This document shows, piece by piece, positions 1 through 8,056 of a stretch of DNA of 46,183 nt. The stretch spans positions 1 through 46,183 of the forward strand of contig JBDSME010000630.1 of the NCBI GenBank assembly GCA_039916065.1, given 5' to 3'. This stretch comes from Polyangia bacterium. GTDB lineage: Bacteria; Myxococcota_A; Polyangia; Fen-1088. Within the stretch, counting starts at the first letter, position 1. Every line of letters begins with the position of its first letter. The notes below the pieces were generated by a model. The model did not search any database and was not told the origin of the DNA. It worked only from the letters and a program-made list of their open reading frames with translations. A program made the position numbers and the translations under genes.

Positions 1-344
1 CGGGTGGACGCAGCTATCACGAGCTGATCGACATGGGGTTCATCGAGATCGAGCCGCTCACCTACATCCGCGGACGGTCCATCCCCAATCAGTTCATCAT
101 CGTGGACGAGGCCCAGAACCTGACGCCGCACGAGGTGAAGACCATCATCACGCGCGTCGGCGAATCGACGAAGATCGTGTTGACCGGCGACCCCTACCAG
201 ATCGACAACCCCTACGTCGACGCCACCTCGAACGGCCTCACCACCATCGTGGAGAAGTTCAAGGGCGAGCCAGTGGCGGGACACGTCACGCTGAGCAAGG
301 GCGAGCGGTCTGCGTTGGCGGAGCTGGCGAGTAACTTGCTGTAG
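1..344 (+). CDS. PhoH-like ATPase (PIN/PhoH, YlaK-type), C-terminal part; 5' end outside window
   Basis: Frame 3 is open from the window edge to TAG 342-344. Walker-B-like [10 protein letters not shown] is followed by [18 protein letters not shown] and [11 protein letters not shown], the conserved C-terminal half of PhoH-family NTPases. Confidence 0.8.
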   Translation, partial: GGRSYHELIDMGFIEIEPLTYIRGRSIPNQFIIVDEAQNLTPHEVKTIITRVGESTKIVLTGDPYQIDNPYVDATSNGLTTIVEKFKGEPVAGHVTLSKGERSALAELASNLL

Positions 345-383
345 AGAGGAACCTTGGGAGGGGTCCCAAACCCTGGCATCTTA

Positions 384-418
384 CGGGGGCATGGTTCGCT
401 GCCGCTCACATGCCCCCG
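384..418. terminator. GC-rich hairpin in the convergent gap between the PhoH-like gene and uxs (possible bidirectional terminator)
   Basis: cgggggcatg (384-393) pairs perfectly with catgcccccg (409-418), giving a 10-bp stem and 15-nt loop. No U-tract follows. More G5/C5 runs lie at 464-495. Confidence 0.3.
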
Positions 419-511
419 GTCCCCCCTCGGCTTCACCCAGCAAAGCCGGGTTACGCTCGCCCGTTAAACGGCAGGGGGGCAAAGCCCATCCGTCCCCCAC
501 GGGGGATTTCG

Positions 512-1465
512 TCAGGCAATACGCGGCCCCAGCCGTTTTCTGAAGTCGGCAATGGTTTCGGCGATTCCCTCGTTCAGGTCCACCTTGGGCTCCCAGCCCC
601 CCAACAGCGTTCGTGCACGGGTGATGTCCGGATTGCGCCGGGTGGGATCGTCCTGCGGCAGTGGCGCCCGAACGATCTCGCCCTTGGACCCCGCCAGCTT
701 GCGGATCAGCTCTGCGAGCTGCAGTACCGTGGTCTCACGGGGGTTTCCCAGGTTCACCGGATCGGACCCATGCTCGCTGGCCATCAAGCGCAAGAAGCCC
801 TCAAGCAGGTCCGAGACGTAACAGAACGATCGGGTCTGCTTCCCCTCACCGTACACCGTGATCGGTTCGTTGCGCAGCGCCTGCACGGTGAAGTTCGACA
901 CCACCCGTCCGTCGTTCTCGTGCATGCGCGGTCCATAGGTATTGAAGATGCGCGCGATCCGCACCTCCACCCCGTACTGCGTTGCATACGATACCGCCAG
1001 CGACTCCGCACAACGCTTCCCCTCGTCGTAACAGGCGCGCGGTCCGATAGGATTGACGTTCCCCCAGTAGGTCTCCTTCTGGGGATGCTCCGTCGGATCG
1101 CCGTAACATTCAGAGGTCGAGGCGATCAGGATGCGAGCGTGGGCCTCCCGCGCCAGATCGAGACAATTCAGCGTCCCCTGCACCGCCGTCCGGATCGTGC
1201 GAACTGGGTTGCGCTGGTAGTGGATGGGTGAGGCCGGGCACGCCAGATGATAAATCTCATCCACCTCCATCGTCAGCGGCTCGGTGATGTCGTGCCGCAG
1301 CAGCTCGAACCGGTGATGGTCTAGCAGATGCTCGATGTTGCTGCGGCTGCCGGTGAAGAAGTTGTCGAGGCACACCACCTCGTTTCCAGCCTGCATCAGC
1401 CGGTCGCAAAGGTGCGATCCCAGAAAGCCAGCTCCACCGGTGACGAGGACGCGTTTACGGGACAT
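512..1465 (-). CDS. uxs: UDP-glucuronate decarboxylase (UDP-xylose synthase), extended SDR
   Basis: [18 protein letters not shown]...[18 protein letters not shown]...[18 protein letters not shown]...STSECYGDP...[11 protein letters not shown]...[21 protein letters not shown] is near-collinear with UXS-family sequences. Start placed at ATG 1465 ([11 protein letters not shown]); the ORF is open to 1498. Confidence 0.9.
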   Translation of the reverse strand: MSRKRVLVTGGAGFLGSHLCDRLMQAGNEVVCLDNFFTGSRSNIEHLLDHHRFELLRHDITEPLTMEVDEIYHLACPASPIHYQRNPVRTIRTAVQGTLNCLDLAREAHARILIASTSECYGDPTEHPQKETYWGNVNPIGPRACYDEGKRCAESLAVSYATQYGVEVRIARIFNTYGPRMHENDGRVVSNFTVQALRNEPITVYGEGKQTRSFCYVSDLLEGFLRLMASEHGSDPVNLGNPRETTVLQLAELIRKLAGSKGEIVRAPLPQDDPTRRNPDITRARTLLGGWEPKVDLNEGIAETIADFRKRLGPRIA

Positions 1466-1541
1466 TGTCGTCGATTCATACATGCCCGCGCTGGACATTC
1501 AAGCTACGCAGACGCAAACACAGGCGAGAGGCACGGGCGCC

Positions 1542-2777
1542 TCACCGCGCCGATAGCGCCCGGGCGGCCACCGTTTCGCGCAGCAAGACGTCCCACCGAT
1601 CATTGACAATCTTCCGGCTGAACTGGCTGAAGTAGGCGGCCCGAGCCTGCTCCTGCCAGCGCCTCAGCGCCGCAGGACAGGCCGCCAGTTCCACCAGCCG
1701 GGCGGCGACGGGCTCCACGTCGGCGGCCGCCCCCAGGTGCATTCCCACCCCCAGTGACCGGCCCCATGATGCGATCTCCGATTCAGCCGGGCCGGCGTAC
1801 ACCACCGGCCGTCCCATGGCCAGCGAAGCAAAGAATTTCGACGGCACCACGATCCCCGCCCACTCCCGACGCAGGCTGACCAGGTGAACGTCGGCCGCTG
1901 CCAGACGCGCGGCCAGGTCGGCCTCCGAGGCGAAATCGGCGAAGGTTACGTTGTCGTCTGCCGGCTCCACCGCGGCGCGCAACTCGGCAGCCCGGTTACC
2001 TCGACACGCGAAGCAGAACGCAATACGACGGCCTGCCCGTGCCCGACAGGCGCGCGCCAGCGCCAGCATCGGCTCAAAGTCGTGGGCCCGCCCCATGGTC
2101 CCGGCGTACAACAGCCCCAACTGGGCGTCTCCGAACAGTGACCGACGTACCACGGGGTCTACCGGCGTTGGCACTATAGATTCCGCCAGAGCCCACGGGG
2201 TCAGCGTCTCCTGTCGGGCAGGGCTGCCATAGGTCGCCAGCCGGGCGCGCATGGTGGTACCGATGTCCACCAAGACGTCGCAGCGCCGGTACGCCGCCTT
2301 CATTAGGCCGTGCGCCACAGGGGCCAGCGAACGCGCCACCCGCAGTCCTTCCGCCTCGATCGCCTGTGGATATAAATCGAAGCACCAGTGAACGATGGGC
2401 GTAGCCGGTCGCTGCGCCCGCAGCGGCAGCGACAGCAGCGCCGCGAACGCTGGATCGGAACCAATTACGATTGCGTCCATGGGGGGCAGACGCAGTGCCT
2501 GCCAGGTCCACCCAGCCAGCAGGAAGGCACTGTTACCCAGCCGCGGCAACGCCCGCGACTGTGGCCAGGGCGGGCGAAATTGGCGGCGCACCTCCATCCC
2601 CCGCCACACCTCCACGCTGGGAAGGCTGACGCGCACGTCGTGGCAGGATCTGTTGCTGGTGACCACGGTGACGTCCCATCCGCGCAGCCGCTGCTCTTCG
2701 GCGAAGTCGCTGTACAAGCGGGCGCTGACGACGTCGTCGGGATGGAAGAAGTGATAAAAAACCAGCAGTGTAGGCAC
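1542..2777 (-). CDS. GT-B glycosyltransferase, family 4-like (WcaI/WbuB-like)
   Basis: 411-aa ORF with GTG start. N-terminus LLVFYHFFHPDDVVSARLY...GWDVTVVT and C-terminal half VHLVSLRREWAGIVVPSKFFASLAMGRPVVYAG are typical of GT4 enzymes. Confidence 0.75.
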   Translation of the reverse strand: MPTLLVFYHFFHPDDVVSARLYSDFAEEQRLRGWDVTVVTSNRSCHDVRVSLPSVEVWRGMEVRRQFRPPWPQSRALPRLGNSAFLLAGWTWQALRLPPMDAIVIGSDPAFAALLSLPLRAQRPATPIVHWCFDLYPQAIEAEGLRVARSLAPVAHGLMKAAYRRCDVLVDIGTTMRARLATYGSPARQETLTPWALAESIVPTPVDPVVRRSLFGDAQLGLLYAGTMGRAHDFEPMLALARACRARAGRRIAFCFACRGNRAAELRAAVEPADDNVTFADFASEADLAARLAAADVHLVSLRREWAGIVVPSKFFASLAMGRPVVYAGPAESEIASWGRSLGVGMHLGAAADVEPVAARLVELAACPAALRRWQEQARAAYFSQFSRKIVNDRWDVLLRETVAARALSAR

Positions 2778-2833
2778 GTGGCACTCGCAGGTCGCGCGCC
2801 ATGGTGGCCGATTCCCTCGCGGTCGTCAAAGCG

Positions 2834-2844
2834 CCCCCCCCCCC
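2834..2844. repeat. Homopolymeric C11/G11 tract in a divergent promoter region
   Basis: 11 consecutive C read directly. The tract lies inside the 107-bp gap between GTG 2777 (minus-strand GT4) and ATG 2885 (plus-strand GT2). Confidence 0.95.
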
Positions 2845-2884
2845 GGCGTCCGGCACAGGAAAGGTTTGACGAATCTCGCGCCAC

Positions 2885-3637
2885 ATGATTCCTTGGGCGC
2901 CCATGCTGGTGTCTTTGGTCATCCCGCTATTCAATGAAGCCGCCACCCTCAAGGAGCTGGTGGGGCGGCTGGTGGCCGTGGACTTCGACAAGGAGCTGAT
3001 CTTCGTCGATGACGGCTCCACAGACGGCAGCCGTGAGCAGGTGGCTGAGTTGGCGGCGTCGTCCCTGGCCGCCTGGTTGCCGCCCGGCACGCCAATGCGC
3101 GGGAGAAATTCCGTCCAGGTGGTGTTGCAGCCTCAGAACATGGGCAAGGGAGCAGCGCTCCGCGCCGGTTTCTCGCTGGTGACAGGCGATATCGTGGTCA
3201 TTCAAGATGCCGATCTGGAGTACGACCCGCGGGACATCCCGCGCTTGATCCAGCCGATAGTCGATGGAATCGGCGACGTCTGCTTCGGTTCGAGGTTCAT
3301 CGGCTCGCCCCGACGGGCGCTGTTTTTCTGGCATACGGTGATGAACCGGGCGCTCACGCTGGCTTCGAACGCGCTCAACGACATCAACATCACGGACATG
3401 GAGACCTGTTACAAAGCGTTTCGCTCCGAGATCATTCGCTCCATCCGCATCGAGGAGGACCGCTTCGGCATCGAGCCCGAACTGACCGCAAAGGTCTCCA
3501 AGCTCAACCTCCGCATATACGAGGTGCCGGTGAGCTATCAGGGCCGCACATACGCAGAGGGGAAGAAGATCGGCTGGAAGGATGGGATACGCGCGCTGTA
3601 TTGCATCTTCAAGTACGGCGTGCGCCGCCGCGCCTAG
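2885..3637 (+). CDS. GT-A glycosyltransferase family 2, DPM1/ALG5-like (candidate polyprenyl-phosphate hexose synthase)
   Basis: [24 protein letters not shown] and [10 protein letters not shown] motifs. About 245 aa with no obvious C-terminal TM helices. Alternative start at ATG 2903. Confidence 0.8.
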   Translation: MIPWAPMLVSLVIPLFNEAATLKELVGRLVAVDFDKELIFVDDGSTDGSREQVAELAASSLAAWLPPGTPMRGRNSVQVVLQPQNMGKGAALRAGFSLVTGDIVVIQDADLEYDPRDIPRLIQPIVDGIGDVCFGSRFIGSPRRALFFWHTVMNRALTLASNALNDINITDMETCYKAFRSEIIRSIRIEEDRFGIEPELTAKVSKLNLRIYEVPVSYQGRTYAEGKKIGWKDGIRALYCIFKYGVRRRA

Positions 3638-3753
3638 CGCGGTGCCGCAAGGGGCGCCGACGGCCAATGCCCGTCGTATCGCTAAGGATAAGCAACCCAG
3701 CGGGCGCGCAGGATCGGCCGCGCAGGGTTGACCCTATTTCGATGGCCGGGCAC

Positions 3754-5649
3754 TTAGGCGTTCTGTGCCGCCCAGATGTCCAGCATCGCGAGAGCGAACA
3801 TCTGGCGACCCAGGTCCGCACCTCCCAGGTGGCGGTCGATCACCGCCTGGACAGCGGGCGCCGAGAACCCCAGGTTGCGTACCAGGGCTCCTGACGACAT
3901 CCGTTGGCGCAGGAGGGCGGTGCTGGAATCGCGGAACCAGCGATCCACGGGCAGCTCGAATCCCCGCTTTCCCTGCCGCGTGATCGAACGGGGCAACCGC
4001 TCGGCCAGCAGCCGCCGCAGCAGCGGCTTGTTCCCGCGCAGCGCGATCTTGGCATGGATGGGCAGGGCCAGACCCAGTTCGACGAACTTCCGGTCGAGCA
4101 GGGGCACGCGGACTTCCAGACCTTGTGCCATCGACAGCTTGTCAGCTTTTACCAACAGGTTGTCGAGCAACATGTTGGACATGTCGACCATCTGCATGCT
4201 CTGCACGACATCCAGCCCGTCGGCGCGCGCGCGGTCGTAGATCTGCTGCACGCGCGGAGCGACCTCGTCGGGTGCCTCGCCCAGAAGGTCTGTCCGATCT
4301 TGGCGATTGAAGATCTGGAACCAGGAAAGATATCGCTCCGCCTCCGGCAAGCGCACGGTACTGGCAAATTTTCCCACCCGGCGCGCGAGGTTCAGCACGC
4401 CCCGAGATCGCGGCGAGAAGGCGGGCAACGCCGCCAGACCGCGCGTCAACGAGCCGGCCGCCGCCAGGGTCCCGCCTGGCGAGAGCGCCGCCGCTGCGTA
4501 ACCCCAGAAATAGCGCGTGTATCCCCCCAGCGCCTCATCCCCGCCTTCACCCGACAGAGCCACCTTGACGTGAGCGGCGGTGCCCTTGCACAGGTGCCAC
4601 AGCGGGACGATGGCGCTGTCCGCGATCGGCTCCTCGAGCGCAGCCTGTAGTGGTGCCAGATCGCCCAGGGTGCTGGGATCCAGCGACAGAATGGTATGGG
4701 GGCTGCCCACCGATCGCGCGATCACCGCCGCGGCCTCCGTCTCGTCGCGCTGACCGGCGGCCTGAAATCCCACGGAGAAACTCCGCGGTGCGTGCGCCAG
4801 GTGCGGAGTGGCTACGGTCAGAATCGAGCTGGAGTCCAGCCCACCCGACAGGAACATCCCTACAGGCACGTCCGAAATCAGCTGGCGCCGCACCACCCAG
4901 TTCAGGCGCTCCCGGAACAGCTCCAGCAACTGGTCGTCGTCCAGACCCGCCCGCAGCACTTCGGGCGTGACCCGGTAGAATTCGCGCGTGGTCTCGGAGC
5001 CGCTGTCTAGGTCCAGTTCCAGGATCGTGCCAGGGGTCAACTTGGTCACGCCGGCAAACGCTGTTTGCGGCGACGGCACCCAGCCGATGTGGAGATAGGA
5101 GGCCACGAAGCCGGGATTCGCCCCCGGCTTTCCGCGACCGTCGTGCGCGAAGGCGCGGACCTCCGAAGCGAACGCCAGCTGTCCTTGGCCTCGACGGAGG
5201 TACAGCGGCTTGACGCCGAAGCCATCCCGCACCAGCGACAGCCTACGCCGCCGCCTATCCAGCACGGCAAAGGCGTACATTCCGCTGACTTGGCCCAGCA
5301 GGGCGTCCAACCCCAGGCGCGCAACTCCGTGCAGCAGCGTCTCGGTGTCGCTGGTACCTCGAAACCGCTGCCCGGTCGCCAGCAACCGCGAGCGCAGGTC
5401 GAGATGGTCGTAGAGTTCGCCGTTGAACACGACGGTGATGTTACCGTCGTCCGAAGTCATCGGTTGGTGACCGGCCGGGCTCAGATCCTGGATGGCGAGC
5501 CGGCGCATGCCCATGGCCACTCCGCCTTCGCACACTATTCCCACATCGTCCGGGCCGCGGTGGGCCAAGGAGTCCACCATCCCGCGGATTGTCGCCGGAT
5601 CGATTGTTTCCCCGGAGCGCCACCTGACGATTCCCGCAATTCCACACAT
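3754..5649 (-). CDS. Asparagine synthase family glutamine amidotransferase (AsnB-type)
   Basis: MCGIAG at ATG 5649 gives Cys2 as the Ntn nucleophile. PP-loop MFLSGGLDSSS is present. The upstream gene's TGA (5651-5653) sits 1 nt before this ATG, so the longer ORF to 5766 is probably not used. Confidence 0.85.
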   Translation of the reverse strand: MCGIAGIVRWRSGETIDPATIRGMVDSLAHRGPDDVGIVCEGGVAMGMRRLAIQDLSPAGHQPMTSDDGNITVVFNGELYDHLDLRSRLLATGQRFRGTSDTETLLHGVARLGLDALLGQVSGMYAFAVLDRRRRRLSLVRDGFGVKPLYLRRGQGQLAFASEVRAFAHDGRGKPGANPGFVASYLHIGWVPSPQTAFAGVTKLTPGTILELDLDSGSETTREFYRVTPEVLRAGLDDDQLLELFRERLNWVVRRQLISDVPVGMFLSGGLDSSSILTVATPHLAHAPRSFSVGFQAAGQRDETEAAAVIARSVGSPHTILSLDPSTLGDLAPLQAALEEPIADSAIVPLWHLCKGTAAHVKVALSGEGGDEALGGYTRYFWGYAAAALSPGGTLAAAGSLTRGLAALPAFSPRSRGVLNLARRVGKFASTVRLPEAERYLSWFQIFNRQDRTDLLGEAPDEVAPRVQQIYDRARADGLDVVQSMQMVDMSNMLLDNLLVKADKLSMAQGLEVRVPLLDRKFVELGLALPIHAKIALRGNKPLLRRLLAERLPRSITRQGKRGFELPVDRWFRDSSTALLRQRMSSGALVRNLGFSAPAVQAVIDRHLGGADLGRQMFALAMLDIWAAQNA

Positions 5650-5650
5650 C

Positions 5651-6796
5651 TCAGGCGCTCTCCCGCACGCGCTGATACAGCCCCGCGACTTCCCGCGCTG
5701 CTCGTGACCAGGCGAATGTGGCGGCGTGGCGGAGACCATGTTCGCGCAGCCCCGCCGCGAGGCCAACGTCGCTCAGCACAGCGGCGACATGGTCGGCCAG
5801 CCGTTCCTCGTCCTCGGGATCGGCGGTCAACGCCGCGGGACCGACCACCTCGGCCAGCGATCCGGCGCGTGAACACACCACGGGCGTGCCGCACGCCATG
5901 GCCTCCAGGGGGGGCCAGCCGAATCCCTCGTACAGCGACGGGTACAGCAGCACGTCGGCGGCGTTGTACAACATGGACAGCTCCCGGTCCGGAAGGGGCC
6001 CCAGATCCCGCACGAAGTCGGCGATCCCTAGCCCCGTCGCCAACTGGCGCTGCTCCGGTGTCAGGCGCAGCCCTCCGCGAAGGAAATGGACATCGACCCC
6101 GCGCCGGCGCAGTCGGGCGATGATGCGCAGGCTCCCCTCGAGATTCTTATAGAAGGCATTCCCCACCTGGAGCACGACCCGACAGCCCTCGAGCCCCCAG
6201 CGGCGTCGGCCCTCGTCGCGCGCTGCCGGATCCCGCGCAAAAGGCTGATTCATTCCCGGGAAGATCACCTCGATCCGCGCCGGATCGACATCGGCGAACT
6301 GGACCAAATCGCGGCGGGTCTGCGCGCTGTCAGCTATCACCGCAGCAGCGCCGCGTAGCGTTCCGGCGAGCTGGCGGAACACCTCCAGGGCCACTCCCGA
6401 TACCAGCCGCCGCCCCAACCGTCCTGACGCCAGCACCAGCAGCATCAGGTCGTGGCAGGTGATCACGGTGCGTCGTGGATCCAATGATCGCAGCAGGTGC
6501 GCGTGGCCGTGATCGACGATGTGGTACACGTCCGACGGGGGCATGGACCTCACCGCGTGCGGGTAGTACAGGAACCGACCGGCATACGAATCCAACTTTT
6601 TACCCGCCCAGAACGATCGCCCCTGGGACGACAACATCGTGGGGGGAAGCAGGTGCCGGACCGTCAGCCCCTCCTCGGTCAGGCTTGCGCCCAGCCGCTC
6701 CGCGTACAGCTTCATGCTGATCTGTTCGGATTCGCGGTAGTTGTGCAGCAAGCAGACGCGCAACGGGGCCGCCCAGTGATGTCGAGACTCGGTCAT
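5651..6796 (-). CDS. GT-B glycosyltransferase, family 4-like
   Basis: C-terminal LYPSLYEGFGWPPLEAMACGTPVVCSRAGSLAEVVG, the GT4 E-x7-E region. ATG 6796 is preferred over TTG 6814. Confidence 0.8.
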   Translation of the reverse strand: MTESRHHWAAPLRVCLLHNYRESEQISMKLYAERLGASLTEEGLTVRHLLPPTMLSSQGRSFWAGKKLDSYAGRFLYYPHAVRSMPPSDVYHIVDHGHAHLLRSLDPRRTVITCHDLMLLVLASGRLGRRLVSGVALEVFRQLAGTLRGAAAVIADSAQTRRDLVQFADVDPARIEVIFPGMNQPFARDPAARDEGRRRWGLEGCRVVLQVGNAFYKNLEGSLRIIARLRRRGVDVHFLRGGLRLTPEQRQLATGLGIADFVRDLGPLPDRELSMLYNAADVLLYPSLYEGFGWPPLEAMACGTPVVCSRAGSLAEVVGPAALTADPEDEERLADHVAAVLSDVGLAAGLREHGLRHAATFAWSRAAREVAGLYQRVRESA

Positions 6797-6881
6797 TGCC
6801 GCGCGTGGGGCCAAGATATATCACGCGGGCCCTCACCTCGCGTCCGCAGCGCAGAATTCACCGCCGGTTTACACTACGGCC

Positions 6882-7943
6882 ATGGCGGGCCTCGAGGCGG
6901 AGATCTTGCGTGCCCTGTTGCCGCCGCTGTTCGACTCCCGGATGCCATTCATTCCGCCGCGCGCCCCCGACGCGTTGGTGCTCTCGGTGGCCCGCCGCCA
7001 CCGCCTCTCCCCCGCCCTGGCGGTGTCGACAGACACCGCCAGGCTGTCCCCGGCGCTGGTAGACATATTCCAACAGGATCGCCTGGTCACGCTGGGGCGT
7101 ACCACCATGCTCCGACGGGCGCTGGTCGAGACCCTGTACGCGTTGGACGCCGCCGGGGTGCGCACGGTGGTATTGAAGGGCCTGGCATACGAACAGCAGT
7201 TTTATCCTGTGGTGGGCACGCGTCCGGCGACCGACGTGGACCTGCTGGTGGAACCCCCGTCCCGCCCCGCTGCGTTCGCCGTATTCCGTGCGCTCGGCTT
7301 CGTTCCGGCCGCGGGCGGCCCCGGCTTCGACGAGCCGGATTATCACGAGGTTACGTTTCGCCGCGGTGACGTGTTCGTGGACCTTCACCAGGGTCTCGCC
7401 CCGTTCGTGCGGGGAGCCGTCGACTACATGGCTCTGTGGCGGGACATCATCCCGCTGCCGATTGACGGCGCGCCTGGCTACTCGCTCTCGCGCGCCCACG
7501 CCACCGTCAATCAAACGTTGCACATGGCGCTCCATCACTTTGATGTTCCTGCGCTTTACCTTCTGGATCTGGCACGCATGCTGGCCGACCCCTTGGTGGG
7601 TCCCCACGCGGCCGAGGCGGCGCGCCGGTGGCGCTGTCTGCGGCCTTGGCAGACCTCGATTGCCTTGATGACAGCGTTCATCCCCGGCAGTGGTCCGGGG
7701 TTGACCGAAGGGGCCGTCGCGCCCTGGACCCGTCGGGTGATCAGCGACTTCGGGCTGGCGACCGCGTTACCACGGGCAGAACAGTTGCGACGCAAGGTGG
7801 AGCACTTCGATACGGTGACCGATGCTGTTCGCTACTTGATGGTGCAGGGTCGGCGGGTGCTGCGCGAGCGCTGGCTGGCAGCGGGTGGTGCACCCACCGC
7901 AGCCCAGCGCTTGGGATGGCCACCGGAAGGCGGGCCATCCTGA
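6882..7943 (+). CDS. Uncharacterised nucleotidyltransferase family protein (NTP_transf_5-like)
   Basis: VVLKGLAYEQQFYP..GTRPATDVDLLVEP...FRALGF...YHEVTFRRGDVFVDLH is the pattern I associate with the Pfam 'uncharacterised nucleotidyltransferase' family. Confidence 0.65.
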   Translation: MAGLEAEILRALLPPLFDSRMPFIPPRAPDALVLSVARRHRLSPALAVSTDTARLSPALVDIFQQDRLVTLGRTTMLRRALVETLYALDAAGVRTVVLKGLAYEQQFYPVVGTRPATDVDLLVEPPSRPAAFAVFRALGFVPAAGGPGFDEPDYHEVTFRRGDVFVDLHQGLAPFVRGAVDYMALWRDIIPLPIDGAPGYSLSRAHATVNQTLHMALHHFDVPALYLLDLARMLADPLVGPHAAEAARRWRCLRPWQTSIALMTAFIPGSGPGLTEGAVAPWTRRVISDFGLATALPRAEQLRRKVEHFDTVTDAVRYLMVQGRRVLRERWLAAGGAPTAAQRLGWPPEGGPS

Positions 7944-8021
7944 CGCGAGGTCATCCAACGCTGCTCTAGGTACGTCGCCACCAACGGTGGGGGGCCTTCC
8001 AGCGATGGGGCGTCTCCGTGG

Positions 8022-8050
8022 TTGCGACGCAAGGGTCGTTCGGCTAGGTT
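8022..8050 (+). promoter_or_regulatory. Sigma70-like promoter candidate directly abutting the wzc start
   Basis: TTGCGA (8022-8027), a 17-nt spacer, then TAGGTT (8045-8050). GTG 8057 follows 6 nt later. The AGG inside TAGGTT could instead act as a weak SD. Confidence 0.3.
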
Positions 8051-8056
8051 ACCGCC

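Noticed and set aside
345-511. A possible tRNA or small RNA in the 167-bp gap, because of the GGTTCG-containing segment.
   Set aside because: The GGTTCG sits in the loop of a simple 10-bp hairpin, not in a 5-bp T-arm. No acceptor or anticodon arm arrangement can be drawn. It is more consistent with terminator hairpins for the convergent genes.
2779-2795. A sigma54-like TGGCAC element next to the GT4 start.
   Set aside because: The -12 element does not fit: TGGCAC-N5-GGTC instead of TTGC. The motif also overlaps the GTG start codon region of the minus-strand gene.
3754-7943. An Asn-synthase-like gene near an NTP_transf_5 gene resembles part of a lasso-peptide (RiPP) cluster.
   Set aside because: The AsnB homologue keeps the N-terminal Cys2 glutaminase nucleophile (MCGIAG), which lasso cyclases typically lack. 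No transglutaminase-like protease, PqqD-like RRE, ABC exporter or short precursor ORF is present. Both genes are embedded among glycosyltransferases.
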